The notes under the pieces: generated by a model | What the model saw: only the letters and a program-made list of their open reading frames with translations | Told to the model about the DNA's origin: nothing | The model's database searches: none | Shown: positions 47,195-56,972 of the stretch, piece after piece | Layout of the letters: each line of letters starts with the position of its first letter | How positions within the stretch are numbered: position 1 is the first letter of the stretch | Made by a program: the position numbers and the translations under genes | Source of the DNA: a virus | DNA length: 64,000 nucleotides | Strand: one strand, 5' to 3' | Virus record (IMG/VR): IMGVR_UViG_3300035181_002344

Positions 47195-48226
47195 TTATTC
47201 TCCGTGCTTTGGTTTTAATAATTTCCAAATATCTTTAGAATAATCTTTTCCATCAAGCATCTTGAAAACTACAGATTGATATCTTCTTTCTATGTTCATT
47301 ATATATATCGCGGCATTTTTTCTTGGTAAGTGCTTAACGGTCTCAGTTAATATTTTAGAATACAATTCTATAAGCTCATATTGTTTAATGAACGTCTCGT
47401 AGGTATCTAAGAAATATTGCATATATTCATCTGGCAATATATTTATGATATCGTCTAATGGTTTATTTTCTGATAGCCATTGCCATATTAGTTTCTCGTT
47501 GAAATTGGATACAAGTTTATGTAAACGGAGATAATTGTCAAATTTAACTTTAACTCTGTATCCGTCTGGCCATTTTAATACAAAGCCTTCTTCATTTGGA
47601 GTGTTGAGGCTTTTAAGGTATTTGATATAATCATCCTCTGGGGCATCTATTTTTTCAACAACACGAAGGAAATCAAGATTTCTATATTGCTCGATATCTT
47701 CTTCTGTGCTATCTTCGTTGTTAATAATAGCTAATAATACTAATTCGTCTTTTGGATATAAGATAACTATTTGATTGCTCGGACCAATTAATTCAAATAG
47801 GAAGGTATATTGTTTTTCGTGCGATAAAATAAAATCTAATAGTTGCTTATTATTATAAATCAACCTATTTGCTATTCTTGCTTGATCCGAGGTAAAGCTT
47901 CCCCTTGTTGCTATTATCAAATTACTATGATAGACGGTTACAATAATTAGAGATCCGTCAAGCTTTTTATAGATATCTGGTTTTTGAGAAGGAAGCGGAG
48001 TGAAAATCTCTTCGATATTGAAGAACTTTTTGAATGGCCGCGCGATTATTGTTCCTTCACCATCCAGAATTAATCCTCTACATTGTGTTGTTAAATCATC
48101 CCAGGCTTTATCGAATTGACATTTGGGCGTGTAGTTGTAAATCCAAAGGTCATAAGAGAAATGTTTCTGTTTAGTAATAAGACCTTCGCTTATTCTATTT
48201 TCCAGATCTAATAAATTGTATTTCAT
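47195..48226 (-). CDS. T4 Rnl1-like RNA ligase
   Basis: YNY, CRGLI, ARPFKKFFN, KLDGS, ATRGSF.S.Q, EGFV, RVKVK..Y..LH. Confidence 0.92.
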   Translation of the reverse strand: MKYNLLDLENRISEGLITKQKHFSYDLWIYNYTPKCQFDKAWDDLTTQCRGLILDGEGTIIARPFKKFFNIEEIFTPLPSQKPDIYKKLDGSLIIVTVYHSNLIIATRGSFTSDQARIANRLIYNNKQLLDFILSHEKQYTFLFELIGPSNQIVILYPKDELVLLAIINNEDSTEEDIEQYRNLDFLRVVEKIDAPEDDYIKYLKSLNTPNEEGFVLKWPDGYRVKVKFDNYLRLHKLVSNFNEKLIWQWLSENKPLDDIINILPDEYMQYFLDTYETFIKQYELIELYSKILTETVKHLPRKNAAIYIMNIERRYQSVVFKMLDGKDYSKDIWKLLKPKHGE

Positions 48227-48346
48227 ATCGGTTTCAATAAATAAAGCGGATCTATTTGCTAAAAATGGGTGCTAATCATTTAATTAATATATAGATCCGC
48301 TAAGTGTGGGTTGTTTAATTAGTTTAGCTTACGGCTATTATGATTA

Positions 48347-48631
48347 TTATTTTGTCCGCTGAAAAGCGGCTTGTTTGTTTAGTTCATTGTCGTTGTTAGT
48401 ACTCGACAATGGAATATCGAGTGTATCGTATTTGATCGATTGCATCAATTTTAAGATGCTCTGGGCCAATCTCTTAGTTTGGGAAACTGTCAATATCATA
48501 ATTGTTGATTGATAGAAATCAATATCAGAATCAGCAATTATTTTGTAAGCGGATTTTTTATCCTTAGCATCCAAAACTCTGGTGTCAAATGTGTCTCTGC
48601 TAATGTTATTAATTAAGACCAAGTATTTCAT
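48347..48631 (-). CDS. Hypothetical protein
   Basis: 94-aa ORF. Confidence 0.55.
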   Translation of the reverse strand: MKYLVLINNISRDTFDTRVLDAKDKKSAYKIIADSDIDFYQSTIMILTVSQTKRLAQSILKLMQSIKYDTLDIPLSSTNNDNELNKQAAFQRTK

Positions 48632-48663
48632 TTTAACCTCAGATAGAATGATTTATTTCGTTT

Positions 48664-49323
48664 TTAAGCTAGAAACGAAATATTTGATTCCCTGTTAATA
48701 TCGCCAAATAGTATTGGCAGTTTCTCTTTTAGTTTTAATAACAGCGGATACATCACTTCTCGCATTTGAGGATGTGCATCTCTGGCGGCTCTTAATAAAA
48801 GAATATGTCGCCACTCACGAATATTTGCTGTAATAATAATTTCTGTTTTTAGTGAATTTGGTAAAACGCTTCTAGCTATTTGAGGTGATTCACCAGCTTC
48901 GATTAGAGCATTATAAGTAGCTTCGCAATTTGCCATATGACTTAGCCATAAATCAAAGCTTCTTTCGCTATTTTTTAAATGATCGCAAATATCAATAAAT
49001 GTGATATTGCCATCAAATTTATCATTGGTATAGTTACAATATCTGGTGCTTTCTTGTGTAAAACTTGCTAAGCGATGTCTAACTATTTCATGGCTTACAC
49101 CTCTATCGAAAATAAATTTAACAGATAAGCTTTCATGCTCGAGAACAGATTCATGGTTTTTGCTTATTATCATAGGAATAAATTTCTCATAGCTATTATC
49201 TGTTATTTTATCTTCGCTTTTCCAAGATATTCTTCCAGCTCTTTCGATATTCTTATAAATGCGGAGAATATCTTCTTTCTCAAGAGATGTTAGAATTTCA
49301 AAGCTTGGTTTAATTATTTTCAA
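48664..49323 (-). CDS. thyX: FAD-dependent thymidylate synthase
   Basis: HESVLEH, RGVSHEIVRHR..SFTQESTRY, ARSVLPN, N.REWRH...LR, AHPQMR. Confidence 0.95.
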   Translation of the reverse strand: MKIIKPSFEILTSLEKEDILRIYKNIERAGRISWKSEDKITDNSYEKFIPMIISKNHESVLEHESLSVKFIFDRGVSHEIVRHRLASFTQESTRYCNYTNDKFDGNITFIDICDHLKNSERSFDLWLSHMANCEATYNALIEAGESPQIARSVLPNSLKTEIIITANIREWRHILLLRAARDAHPQMREVMYPLLLKLKEKLPILFGDINRESNISFLA

Positions 49324-49331
49324 TGTATCCT

Positions 49332-50015
49332 CTAAGATTCTAATTGTGGATCTGGAGCAGTAAATGCTTGTCTAACAAGTTGTAATTTCCGCAATGTATC
49401 ATTTATAATCTCAGTTACAGAACGTCCTTGTCTTACTAGCAGATACCAATAGTGCATTAATTTAAGTGTGCCAATTTCATTTATGCCAACGATTTTGTGT
49501 AATCTGTATACGATGCTAGCCATGATACGTCCATATTCGCCTCTTCCATAATAATCGTTTTTAGGATTAAAGAAAGGAATGAGTAATCTGCAATGTCTTA
49601 CTGTAAAATCTTTGTCACTATCTCTTTCTAGCTTAGCTTTCTTCAAAAGACCTTCTGGTATATATTGCAGAGATAAGGTATTAATATAATATTGTGGTGA
49701 TATACCGAGAATTTTAGCTTTTTCTTTTACACTTAGATTTGTATGTGCACGAGAAAATGCTGCGATTCTTTTGAAATAATCATTACCGTTTTCAACTGTA
49801 ACCTTTGGAACATTTTTAGGCACAGGTCTATTATCTTTGCTAACACCAATTGATCGTACAGCAGTTCTTGTTTGCAAAGCTATTGATGGTTTAACTGCAG
49901 TGGAATATACGTGAATTGTAGTTAATTCACCCACGGGGTTATCTTTTCTAACTTGATAATCCTTATTAACTACATAATTTTCTGGAACAGTATCTGGAAT
50001 TAATGTTATTTTCAT
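49332..50015 (-). CDS. Hypothetical protein with ParB-type HTH
   Basis: EKAKILGISPQYYINTLSLQYIPE resembles the ParB/KorB HTH; no ParB NTPase motif. Confidence 0.4.
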   Translation of the reverse strand: MKITLIPDTVPENYVVNKDYQVRKDNPVGELTTIHVYSTAVKPSIALQTRTAVRSIGVSKDNRPVPKNVPKVTVENGNDYFKRIAAFSRAHTNLSVKEKAKILGISPQYYINTLSLQYIPEGLLKKAKLERDSDKDFTVRHCRLLIPFFNPKNDYYGRGEYGRIMASIVYRLHKIVGINEIGTLKLMHYWYLLVRQGRSVTEIINDTLRKLQLVRQAFTAPDPQLES

Positions 50016-50048
50016 ATTGGTTCTCCTTTTTAATTTGTGGTCTTTGTT

Positions 50049-50438
50049 TTAATTACCTATTTTATAAAAGTTATGATGAAAGTCGCATAGAGTTCTTATC
50101 CATCTTCCATATCGTGGCTTGCCCTGTTCGCCACAAAGTTCGCAGATAGCATAAGAATCATTTTCGGCTTTTTGAATTCTTTCGAATATCTCTTTAGTTC
50201 CTCCATTAATAGAAAAACGTAATCCGCCGAATTTTTCTTCAATATCGAATATTTCTCTATTCCATCCTAAAGCTATTAAATCTTCTATTAGCTTTTTAAC
50301 TAATCCATACCAACCCAGAGCTATTAAGAAAGTATCTGATGATTGAATTAAATTATTAGGATCTGATGACCAAGCATTTTTTAATCCGCCTATACTTACT
50401 ATATAAGCATCTAAATCTTCTTTTGTTACAGTGTTCAT
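50049..50438 (-). CDS. Phage hypothetical protein with C-terminal Zn finger
   Basis: GW..L, EKFGGLRF, CELCG..G...WI.TLC..H. Confidence 0.7.
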   Translation of the reverse strand: MNTVTKEDLDAYIVSIGGLKNAWSSDPNNLIQSSDTFLIALGWYGLVKKLIEDLIALGWNREIFDIEEKFGGLRFSINGGTKEIFERIQKAENDSYAICELCGEQGKPRYGRWIRTLCDFHHNFYKIGN

Positions 50439-50463
50439 TTGGGCAGCTCTTAATATTATTAAT

Positions 50464-50503
50464 AAAAAAAATGCACGTATAGCCAGACCAAACTATACGT
50501 GCA
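50464..50503 (-). terminator. Intrinsic terminator downstream of tandem RNA motifs
   Basis: TGCACGTATAG/CTATACGTGCA 11-bp stem with 8-U tail on minus strand. Confidence 0.8.
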
Positions 50504-50545
50504 GGAGCCCAGTTGACCGTCCAGATATAACTGGGATAATTAGCG

Positions 50546-50689
50546 GTGGATATCGTATCGCTAAACCGCGGGCACGAGGCCCAAGATATTAGAAGGAAGC
50601 GAATACATAGCCACATAAAAATGTCAAGCGGAAATCATACTACTAAAATCTCACCTATAGATAATAGAAGGAAGTAAGTATATAGCCGC
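50546..50689 (-). ncRNA. Two tandem copies (50546-50614, 50628-50689) of a covarying stem-loop RNA motif
   Basis: Same architecture with compensatory base changes and conserved UUCCUUCUA loop segment. Confidence 0.8.
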
Positions 50690-50700
50690 CTAATTAATCA

Positions 50701-50928
50701 TTATTTGTTAAAAATCTTCTTAAACAAGCTTACTTTGTATTTCGGCTCGTAATATTCGCAATCGCCATAGCGATTTGGATAATCAACGCTGTCGACATCA
50801 ATTGTTCTCTGAGATTCACCATATACATAGCTTACCTCTATTCCTACTTGAGGAGCTGCGCAACTATCTCTAAATATGGTTTGTTTAAAATATCTACAAT
50901 CTTTGCAAAAAACTTTCGTTTTTTCCAT
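50701..50928 (-). CDS. Small Cys-rich protein, paralog of 39426-39656
   Basis: KV.CK.C..F, C.APQ.G, DYPN..G.C.YY.P shared. Confidence 0.7.
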   Translation of the reverse strand: MEKTKVFCKDCRYFKQTIFRDSCAAPQVGIEVSYVYGESQRTIDVDSVDYPNRYGDCEYYEPKYKVSLFKKIFNK

Positions 50929-50944
50929 TTAAACGTCTCCAACT

Positions 50945-52993
50945 CTATAAATATTTACCAATTATTTCTGCAGTGTTATATGCAAAGTCCTCATCGAAAA
51001 CAACATCAGCCTTTTGTCTATTTCTTATTATTATGCATTGACCTTTTGCATTGAACTTTAATAATTCATAAACTGTCGGCTTAGTCATTTGAATAATTGC
51101 AGATGCTACTTCAGCAGTTCTGGTAAATGCCCTTTCTGTTATTCGCTCTTGAGTGACTTCCATGTCCATCCAATATATCTTGCCTCTAAATAAATCAATG
51201 AGCACTGGATGATTTGTTCGCGCACCGTTTACTAAATCTATCTTCTCTTTAACTGATTTCGGTTCAAATATTTCTCCGCTATTTGGATTTTTACGCTCCA
51301 TCCAACCGAAGAAACATTCTGACATATCGCAGAATTTCTGATATGTAAATGAATATACTTGCGGGACTATATAACGAATTCCATTTGCTAAAGCTTCTTT
51401 GCAATTGATGTCAATAAATTCAGCAGCACCATTTGGAGCTCGTGTGATATCTCCAGAATGATAAGCAAAGTTACTTCTTAAATTCGTCCATGAAGTCCAA
51501 TTAGTTGTTTGCATTGCTTCATTTAAATATTGAGCGCTTAAATCAATATCAATTCGCTGACTATTATCGCATATCTCATAACCAAGATAATCTTTTGATT
51601 CACTATTATCTTTCCAATAGATAAAGAATCTAAGAGTTTTGGTATTGTCGAAGTTGAATACAGAACCTCTACCAATAGTTCTAATTGATCTTGACGCTGA
51701 GCGTAAAGAGAATGGTATTGTGTAATTTTGTAATTCTGGCGAGATATAAACTTTTGAACCAGCGGGAATATTATTTCTATCCGCATATATTTTAATTAAT
51801 GCGTTATTAATAATATCTATCACTTTAGCTTTGGTTTTCTTTTCTATTATGAAGTTTTCTACAGGATTATCTGTTATGAAAGCCTTAGCTACTTTACCTT
51901 TAGGAATAATTAATCTTTTATCTGTTGCGGATAGAAAGCGAGATCTAGTTTGCAATAATACCTTAGTTGAGATTCCATTAGCAACGCTTTCAAATATTTT
52001 AAGAATTGCCTCTCTATCATTAATCTTTGCATTACGTAATAATCTATGCATATTACGAGCAAGATTACCAGGTCTTGTAGCTAATAATTTGGCCGCATTA
52101 ATTATTTGCCCGCTGCTAAATAAATCTTCTACTTTAGAAAAGAAAGACTTGACTTGATTATCACGCAAAAGCTTAAATGCTTTTGCTGTATCTGGAAACT
52201 GTCTTTTATATTCCCCTGGATGCAAAATCTCACCTAAACGCAAGAATACTTCTCTGCGGATTTTCATTTCTTCGGCATTAATACAGGATTCGAACATAGA
52301 AAGAATTTGTCTGCGTTTTTCTCTACTTAATTTCTTAAAACGTGTATTCTCGGCTAAGGATATATCTCCATCGCTAAGCATAACAGCATATCTTAAAACA
52401 TCTGTGGTTGTCTTAAAGAAACGGCTTATATCAAAGTATTTGGATAGAAAAGCGAGATTTTCTTTATTCGGGATTTCATCTATTGATGATAATATCGGCT
52501 TAATTAAATCTTGATTAGCGGCTATCTCCTCTTTGATATTATCAGAATATTCAACCTTAGAGTTTAATAACTGCTTAAAATAAGCGATCGCGTCTTCTTC
52601 TTTTAATATGTCAATAACAGTAAATTTGCTTTGCTCATCATATAATGCCCGGTTTACTTTCTCATAATCTGGCAAGATTCCAAACCAATAATGAACTAAT
52701 GCATTCATTAATAATTCAAAACTGGTGGCATCTATTACTTGCTTCGGAAAATTTGGATACATCGGATTATATTTAACATGAGCCCCAACTTTTTTACGCA
52801 GATAATAGATTAATTTATCAGCGAGATCGTCTATTTGTGTCTCGGTCATACCGGAAATAGCGACAAATAAATCCTTGCTAAGCGTAAAACCTAAAGATTG
52901 AATATTTTTTAATAATGTTGCCGCTAAAATTTGTTGGCCTAGATAAGGAGTACCATAATTAGTAACTAATACTTTATCGTTTATGATTCTCAT
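50945..52993 (-). CDS. Large helical protein with C-terminal TerD-like domain (likely start 52993)
   Basis: PMYPNFP.QV, TTTDVLR, LHPGE, RPG..AR; TerD-like IDIDLSA, HSGDITRAP.GAAEFIDI; AGGAG RBS before ATG 52993. Confidence 0.75.
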   Translation of the reverse strand: MRIINDKVLVTNYGTPYLGQQILAATLLKNIQSLGFTLSKDLFVAISGMTETQIDDLADKLIYYLRKKVGAHVKYNPMYPNFPKQVIDATSFELLMNALVHYWFGILPDYEKVNRALYDEQSKFTVIDILKEEDAIAYFKQLLNSKVEYSDNIKEEIAANQDLIKPILSSIDEIPNKENLAFLSKYFDISRFFKTTTDVLRYAVMLSDGDISLAENTRFKKLSREKRRQILSMFESCINAEEMKIRREVFLRLGEILHPGEYKRQFPDTAKAFKLLRDNQVKSFFSKVEDLFSSGQIINAAKLLATRPGNLARNMHRLLRNAKINDREAILKIFESVANGISTKVLLQTRSRFLSATDKRLIIPKGKVAKAFITDNPVENFIIEKKTKAKVIDIINNALIKIYADRNNIPAGSKVYISPELQNYTIPFSLRSASRSIRTIGRGSVFNFDNTKTLRFFIYWKDNSESKDYLGYEICDNSQRIDIDLSAQYLNEAMQTTNWTSWTNLRSNFAYHSGDITRAPNGAAEFIDINCKEALANGIRYIVPQVYSFTYQKFCDMSECFFGWMERKNPNSGEIFEPKSVKEKIDLVNGARTNHPVLIDLFRGKIYWMDMEVTQERITERAFTRTAEVASAIIQMTKPTVYELLKFNAKGQCIIIRNRQKADVVFDEDFAYNTAEIIGKYL

Positions 52994-53020
52994 TTTGTGT
53001 CTCCTATTAATTAAATAAAA

Positions 53021-53195
53021 GTATAGCAGGCAACCGGCACGGCCGGCAGCTATATCCAAGATTGGCCCATCGCGGAGGATGACTCACTGCAAGGAATTTG
53101 GTAATCGCATCAAATTACGCATCAGAGACGAACGTTTGTTTAACCCGGGTACAGTCCCTTATCCTTTGTAGCTCTAGGCTACTGCCTGCCACTAT
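53021..53195 (-). ncRNA. Candidate ~170-nt multibranch structured RNA in the leader of the TerD-like gene
   Basis: 10-bp closing stem UGGCAGGCAG/UUGCCUGCUA, internal hairpins, GC-rich versus flanks. Confidence 0.6.
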
Positions 53196-53244
53196 CCTTC
53201 TCTGCCGATTTTATTCAGCATCTTATAAAGAAGAATTTCGTTGT

Positions 53245-53472
53245 TTATTTTTTTGATCTATCGCGAAAATGGAATTTAATCATGAAACTGCCAAGAATAA
53301 ATACAATTATGGCAGTGATTATCATATGCATGAATAAAAATGCGCCTATACTACAAGAGATAATAATTAGCCAAATCCATGAACCTAAGACATCATATCT
53401 CTTGAGAATAAAGAAATAAAACCAAATAAGTATTAATAATGAAAACAAGCTTAGACCTATAAATAAAAACAT
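53245..53472 (-). CDS. Small membrane protein
   Basis: Highly hydrophobic, 2-3 TM; AAGGAG RBS. Confidence 0.65.
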   Translation of the reverse strand: MFLFIGLSLFSLLILIWFYFFILKRYDVLGSWIWLIIISCSIGAFLFMHMIITAIIVFILGSFMIKFHFRDRSKK

Positions 53473-53487
53473 TTCATATCTCCTTAA

Positions 53488-55110
53488 TTATTTATCTAAA
53501 TGCCATTCGACGAGTTTAGCTGCTCTTCCTTCATGACCATTACGGCTAATTACTTTAGCGACTCTGCCTTCATACAAATGCGGATTATTAATTATATCCA
53601 TATTTGCATCAAAGCTGCCTATTTGACCTGGGCCGAGCTTAAATTCTTTTCCACTAGTTAAACTCTCGAACCAAACTACGCCTTTGATATTTCCCTTTTC
53701 ACTGATAGCTAAATCTACTTTCTTTACTTTCCAATCATCCGGATCCTGAAACCATTTAATCTTATAACCTTCGTTAATACTCAATCCTTTTGGCACGGCT
53801 ACTAAACCTTCCCACGATTTTATTATTTCCTGCGGAACTAAATCAACCACATCGAGAATAGAACTTTTCTGCGCCATCTTTAATTGCAATTCTCTATTCT
53901 TGAAGAATGGCAAATTATGAACATCTTTTCCTTTCCATTTATCTACACGATATAATCTAATTTCTGGAACTACATCGTCTGGTCTAACTTGATTGCTATT
54001 TAGTATTCCGCCGATCTCGTGTGCCTTTAAATATCTACCATTCTTTTTGAATAATAATTCACCCATTGCGATTGGCTTGCTAGAATGTTGCATATCTGCA
54101 ATCTCCCATACTTTGGGCGTATATTCTATTCTTTCTCCGGTTTCTTTGCTGATACGCGGAGACCAAACAGTTGTTCTTTTGCCGACCACAATATAACAGC
54201 TTGCTCCATCATATTTGCGAGTAGTTGTTGCCGCATCAGTTTTCTCTTTAAATTTATCAAATTCATCAGGGCTTATCATTTTTAGATGCAATCTATCTTC
54301 TAATTTCTTTGGAGCTTCTGATTTCAGAAATCCCCATACAGCTATTGGCGCTCTTTTTTCATCGCCGTTATACAATTTATGTATATACATTGATTTATTA
54401 GGATCAATAGCTGGTATCCACATTTCTGCGGTTTGCCCTTTTTTATCAGAAATCTTAAATATTGTTCCTTTGGTTTGCAAAATCACTTGTCGCGTTTCTC
54501 CGCTGCCATATCCTTCTTTTGGACCATCGCCATAAGCCCAGGATATTTTAGCTTCATCGGGATTATGATCCAGATTCTGCGGAAGACGACTTCTACCAGC
54601 GACTTCATTTCTAATATGCTCTATCAAAGCATCTTTCGATGCTTGTGTGAGCTCTCCTTTGTTATTATATTTTATCTTAGATTCAACTGGTTTTCCAGAT
54701 ACGCGGATAATGAAACTTGTTCCATTTCCAAAATGAATATCAAGATGCTTTTGAGCTTTATATGCATCATGATATACTATGGTTATATCTATATTTCCAC
54801 GTTCATTAAACCATGATCGCTTAGGATCAATTAAATGAGATGTATTGCTTACAGTTTCTTCTTGAACTTTAGCAACTGCTTTATTAAAGATTTTTCCGGC
54901 GGTTTTATGTATCACCTTACCTGCTAAATGATTACCAACAGCCGTTCCTAAAGATTGCTCTCCTTTTATAACCGGGAGGGCTTTTTTTACCATGCGTCTT
55001 ATTTTCATAGCTTTTACCAGCCATTTAATAGCCGTTGCTTCTTCCCAATATGGAGTCATAAAGGAATAAGAATCCGCGGCATTTATTAATCCTTCGGTTA
55101 AATATCTCAT
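53488..55110 (-). CDS. ATP-dependent DNA ligase with N-terminal LigD-type 3'-phosphoesterase-like domain
   Basis: RKYDG (motif I), GEL, EGLV, YKIK, OB-fold tail; HDAY....HLD and GYGSG resemble the LigD PE domain. Confidence 0.7.
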   Translation of the reverse strand: MRYLTEGLINAADSYSFMTPYWEEATAIKWLVKAMKIRRMVKKALPVIKGEQSLGTAVGNHLAGKVIHKTAGKIFNKAVAKVQEETVSNTSHLIDPKRSWFNERGNIDITIVYHDAYKAQKHLDIHFGNGTSFIIRVSGKPVESKIKYNNKGELTQASKDALIEHIRNEVAGRSRLPQNLDHNPDEAKISWAYGDGPKEGYGSGETRQVILQTKGTIFKISDKKGQTAEMWIPAIDPNKSMYIHKLYNGDEKRAPIAVWGFLKSEAPKKLEDRLHLKMISPDEFDKFKEKTDAATTTRKYDGASCYIVVGKRTTVWSPRISKETGERIEYTPKVWEIADMQHSSKPIAMGELLFKKNGRYLKAHEIGGILNSNQVRPDDVVPEIRLYRVDKWKGKDVHNLPFFKNRELQLKMAQKSSILDVVDLVPQEIIKSWEGLVAVPKGLSINEGYKIKWFQDPDDWKVKKVDLAISEKGNIKGVVWFESLTSGKEFKLGPGQIGSFDANMDIINNPHLYEGRVAKVISRNGHEGRAAKLVEWHLDK

Positions 55111-55112
55111 AA

Positions 55113-55355
55113 CTACATCTTCGTAAATCCTATTGGATTTATCATTCTACAATATGGACAGCATAATAGATATCGGCTTCCATAATAATTAACATAGACA
55201 TAATGTTTAAATGCGTGATCAAGATATTCATTTGATTCGATTAAGAGAATATCTTTGTCATCAAGCTGATTATCACAATGCTCGCATTTAAATCTTGCGC
55301 CAGTTATTAAATTCGGAGCAACATCAATTAGCTTTTTATAAATCACATTTGACAT
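55113..55355 (-). CDS. Small Zn-binding protein
   Basis: CEHC...CPYC. Confidence 0.6.
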   Translation of the reverse strand: MSNVIYKKLIDVAPNLITGARFKCEHCDNQLDDKDILLIESNEYLDHAFKHYVYVNYYGSRYLLCCPYCRMINPIGFTKM

Positions 55356-55403
55356 TTTATTTGCTCCCCTTGTGTGTTAAGCTCATAAGATGAGAATAAA
55401 AAA

Positions 55404-55655
55404 TTATGATTGCTTGCGTAATCTCATTCTTATTTTCATTATTTTAATTAAAGACAATATAGCTAACGAAGATACTAATGTTACAAATGTAGCTGGATTA
55501 ATCCATGCTGGTAAAGCTATAGCAGATAGATATGGTTTCGTTAGCATAATAGTTCCTAAAGTAGCTAAGCCTAAAATAATAATTGCTTCTAAATTTTCAA
55601 AAAACTCTCTGATTTTGCGTAAAAATGCAACGATTAAATCAATTAAGAATTTCAT
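55404..55655 (-). CDS. Small membrane protein
   Basis: Two TM helices, basic C-terminus. Confidence 0.6.
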   Translation of the reverse strand: MKFLIDLIVAFLRKIREFFENLEAIIILGLATLGTIMLTKPYLSAIALPAWINPATFVTLVSSLAILSLIKIMKIRMRLRKQS

Positions 55656-56968
55656 AGCGGTAACTCCTCTATTTCGTATTTAACACTTTTCATATCTGAT
55701 AAATCTATTTCTTCTTTTGATTCATAGCTGAAAGCGGCTTCTAAATCTATTTCTGGTGTTTCAGTGAACAGCTGGAAATATTGAAGATCTGGAGATGCAT
55801 TATTTATTAAAATCAGCTGATACATCATCTCATCGACTACTTTATCAATTTCTTCATAGCCGAAATATTCATCGAAATCAAATATAATACGCTGTTCGCT
55901 TGATGCAAATGTATATTTATTATAATTCAGGATATACATAGTATGATAAGTTCTTCTCATAACGGGGATTTTATTAATTCCGGCGTTTTTAAGCAACGAT
56001 ATATATACTAAATATCCTAATCTATGCAGCGTCGCGAGATTATTATTGCCCATCTTAACTTTATATTTACTCTCTAAACTCTTGATAATCTCATTTACTT
56101 CAGGGAATTCTTCTGTTGATCTCGCAGCATTAGTGAAAAACGAATCAAGCATATTATTAAAATAAGAGATGTTTTTAGTCCAAACGCCACTTATCTGTTC
56201 ATTAAAGAATCGCCTATTAATAATCTCCGGTTTATCAAAATATACAGCATTTGCATAATATATATATGGAGTTTTTAATTTCCACATATAATTACCATTA
56301 GTTGGTAATTTCTTCGCATCCAAATATTTCCAATGAGCTGGAAGTTCATCTTTTGCAAAGGTAACTACTAATGGTATTTTGTGACCATTAATAACTACAT
56401 ACGGGATTATATGGAACAGAGAATTAATGCCCTGCTCGGTGATTTCCTGCGTAATCTTTTTACCTTCGCTGAATCTCAAATCAGTGACTTTTACTAAATT
56501 TGCATATTCAGGATTAAACATCGGAAAGAACGCCATTATTTTATCATCGCTCCATATTCTATTTTGGCTGAGCATTCCACGAGTGATTATCGTTAAAATT
56601 GCGAACGATTCATTAAAATCATATTCTCCTAAATCATCCCAATCTATCTTGCCAACTTCATTATAATTATGCTGAATATCTAATGGCATAGGCATATTTT
56701 GCAGCAAATCAAAATAAGCCGTTACTTTTCTATCCGAAACATTATTATCCATCAATCCCATAAGAGAGCCTGCACTAACAGCGTGATTGCTTGCCACTAA
56801 AGATAAAGCAAGAGAATTCACTTTTACCTTAATGAATCTCTTGCTATTCTTAATATTCGGGAGCAATTTATCAATCATTTGGACAACTGAGAATATCGGC
56901 TCGAAGGAATTGAAATTAAAATAGTCGCGGAAAAAATCTTCTACGTGCTTTACATTTGTTAAAAACAT
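55652..56968 (-). CDS. Hypothetical protein
   Basis: 438-aa ORF, no motif recognised. Confidence 0.7.
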   Translation of the reverse strand: MFLTNVKHVEDFFRDYFNFNSFEPIFSVVQMIDKLLPNIKNSKRFIKVKVNSLALSLVASNHAVSAGSLMGLMDNNVSDRKVTAYFDLLQNMPMPLDIQHNYNEVGKIDWDDLGEYDFNESFAILTIITRGMLSQNRIWSDDKIMAFFPMFNPEYANLVKVTDLRFSEGKKITQEITEQGINSLFHIIPYVVINGHKIPLVVTFAKDELPAHWKYLDAKKLPTNGNYMWKLKTPYIYYANAVYFDKPEIINRRFFNEQISGVWTKNISYFNNMLDSFFTNAARSTEEFPEVNEIIKSLESKYKVKMGNNNLATLHRLGYLVYISLLKNAGINKIPVMRRTYHTMYILNYNKYTFASSEQRIIFDFDEYFGYEEIDKVVDEMMYQLILINNASPDLQYFQLFTETPEIDLEAAFSYESKEEIDLSDMKSVKYEIEELPL

Positions 56969-56972
56969 TTTA

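Noticed and set aside
49332-50015. The ParB component of a PRTRC cassette
   Set aside because: Only an HTH-like segment, no ParB NTPase motif, and 22 kb from the cassette.
50356-50616. 86-aa minus-strand ORF over the tandem RNA motif
   Set aside because: Crosses a strong terminator and overlaps the next gene; covariation is better explained by RNA structure.
53021-53195. SAM-I riboswitch
   Set aside because: GGGACUG..CCC and AAUUCC..GCAG resemble SAM-I P2 and J3/4, but the AUC-AGA P1 and GCAACC/GGUGC P3 elements are missing.
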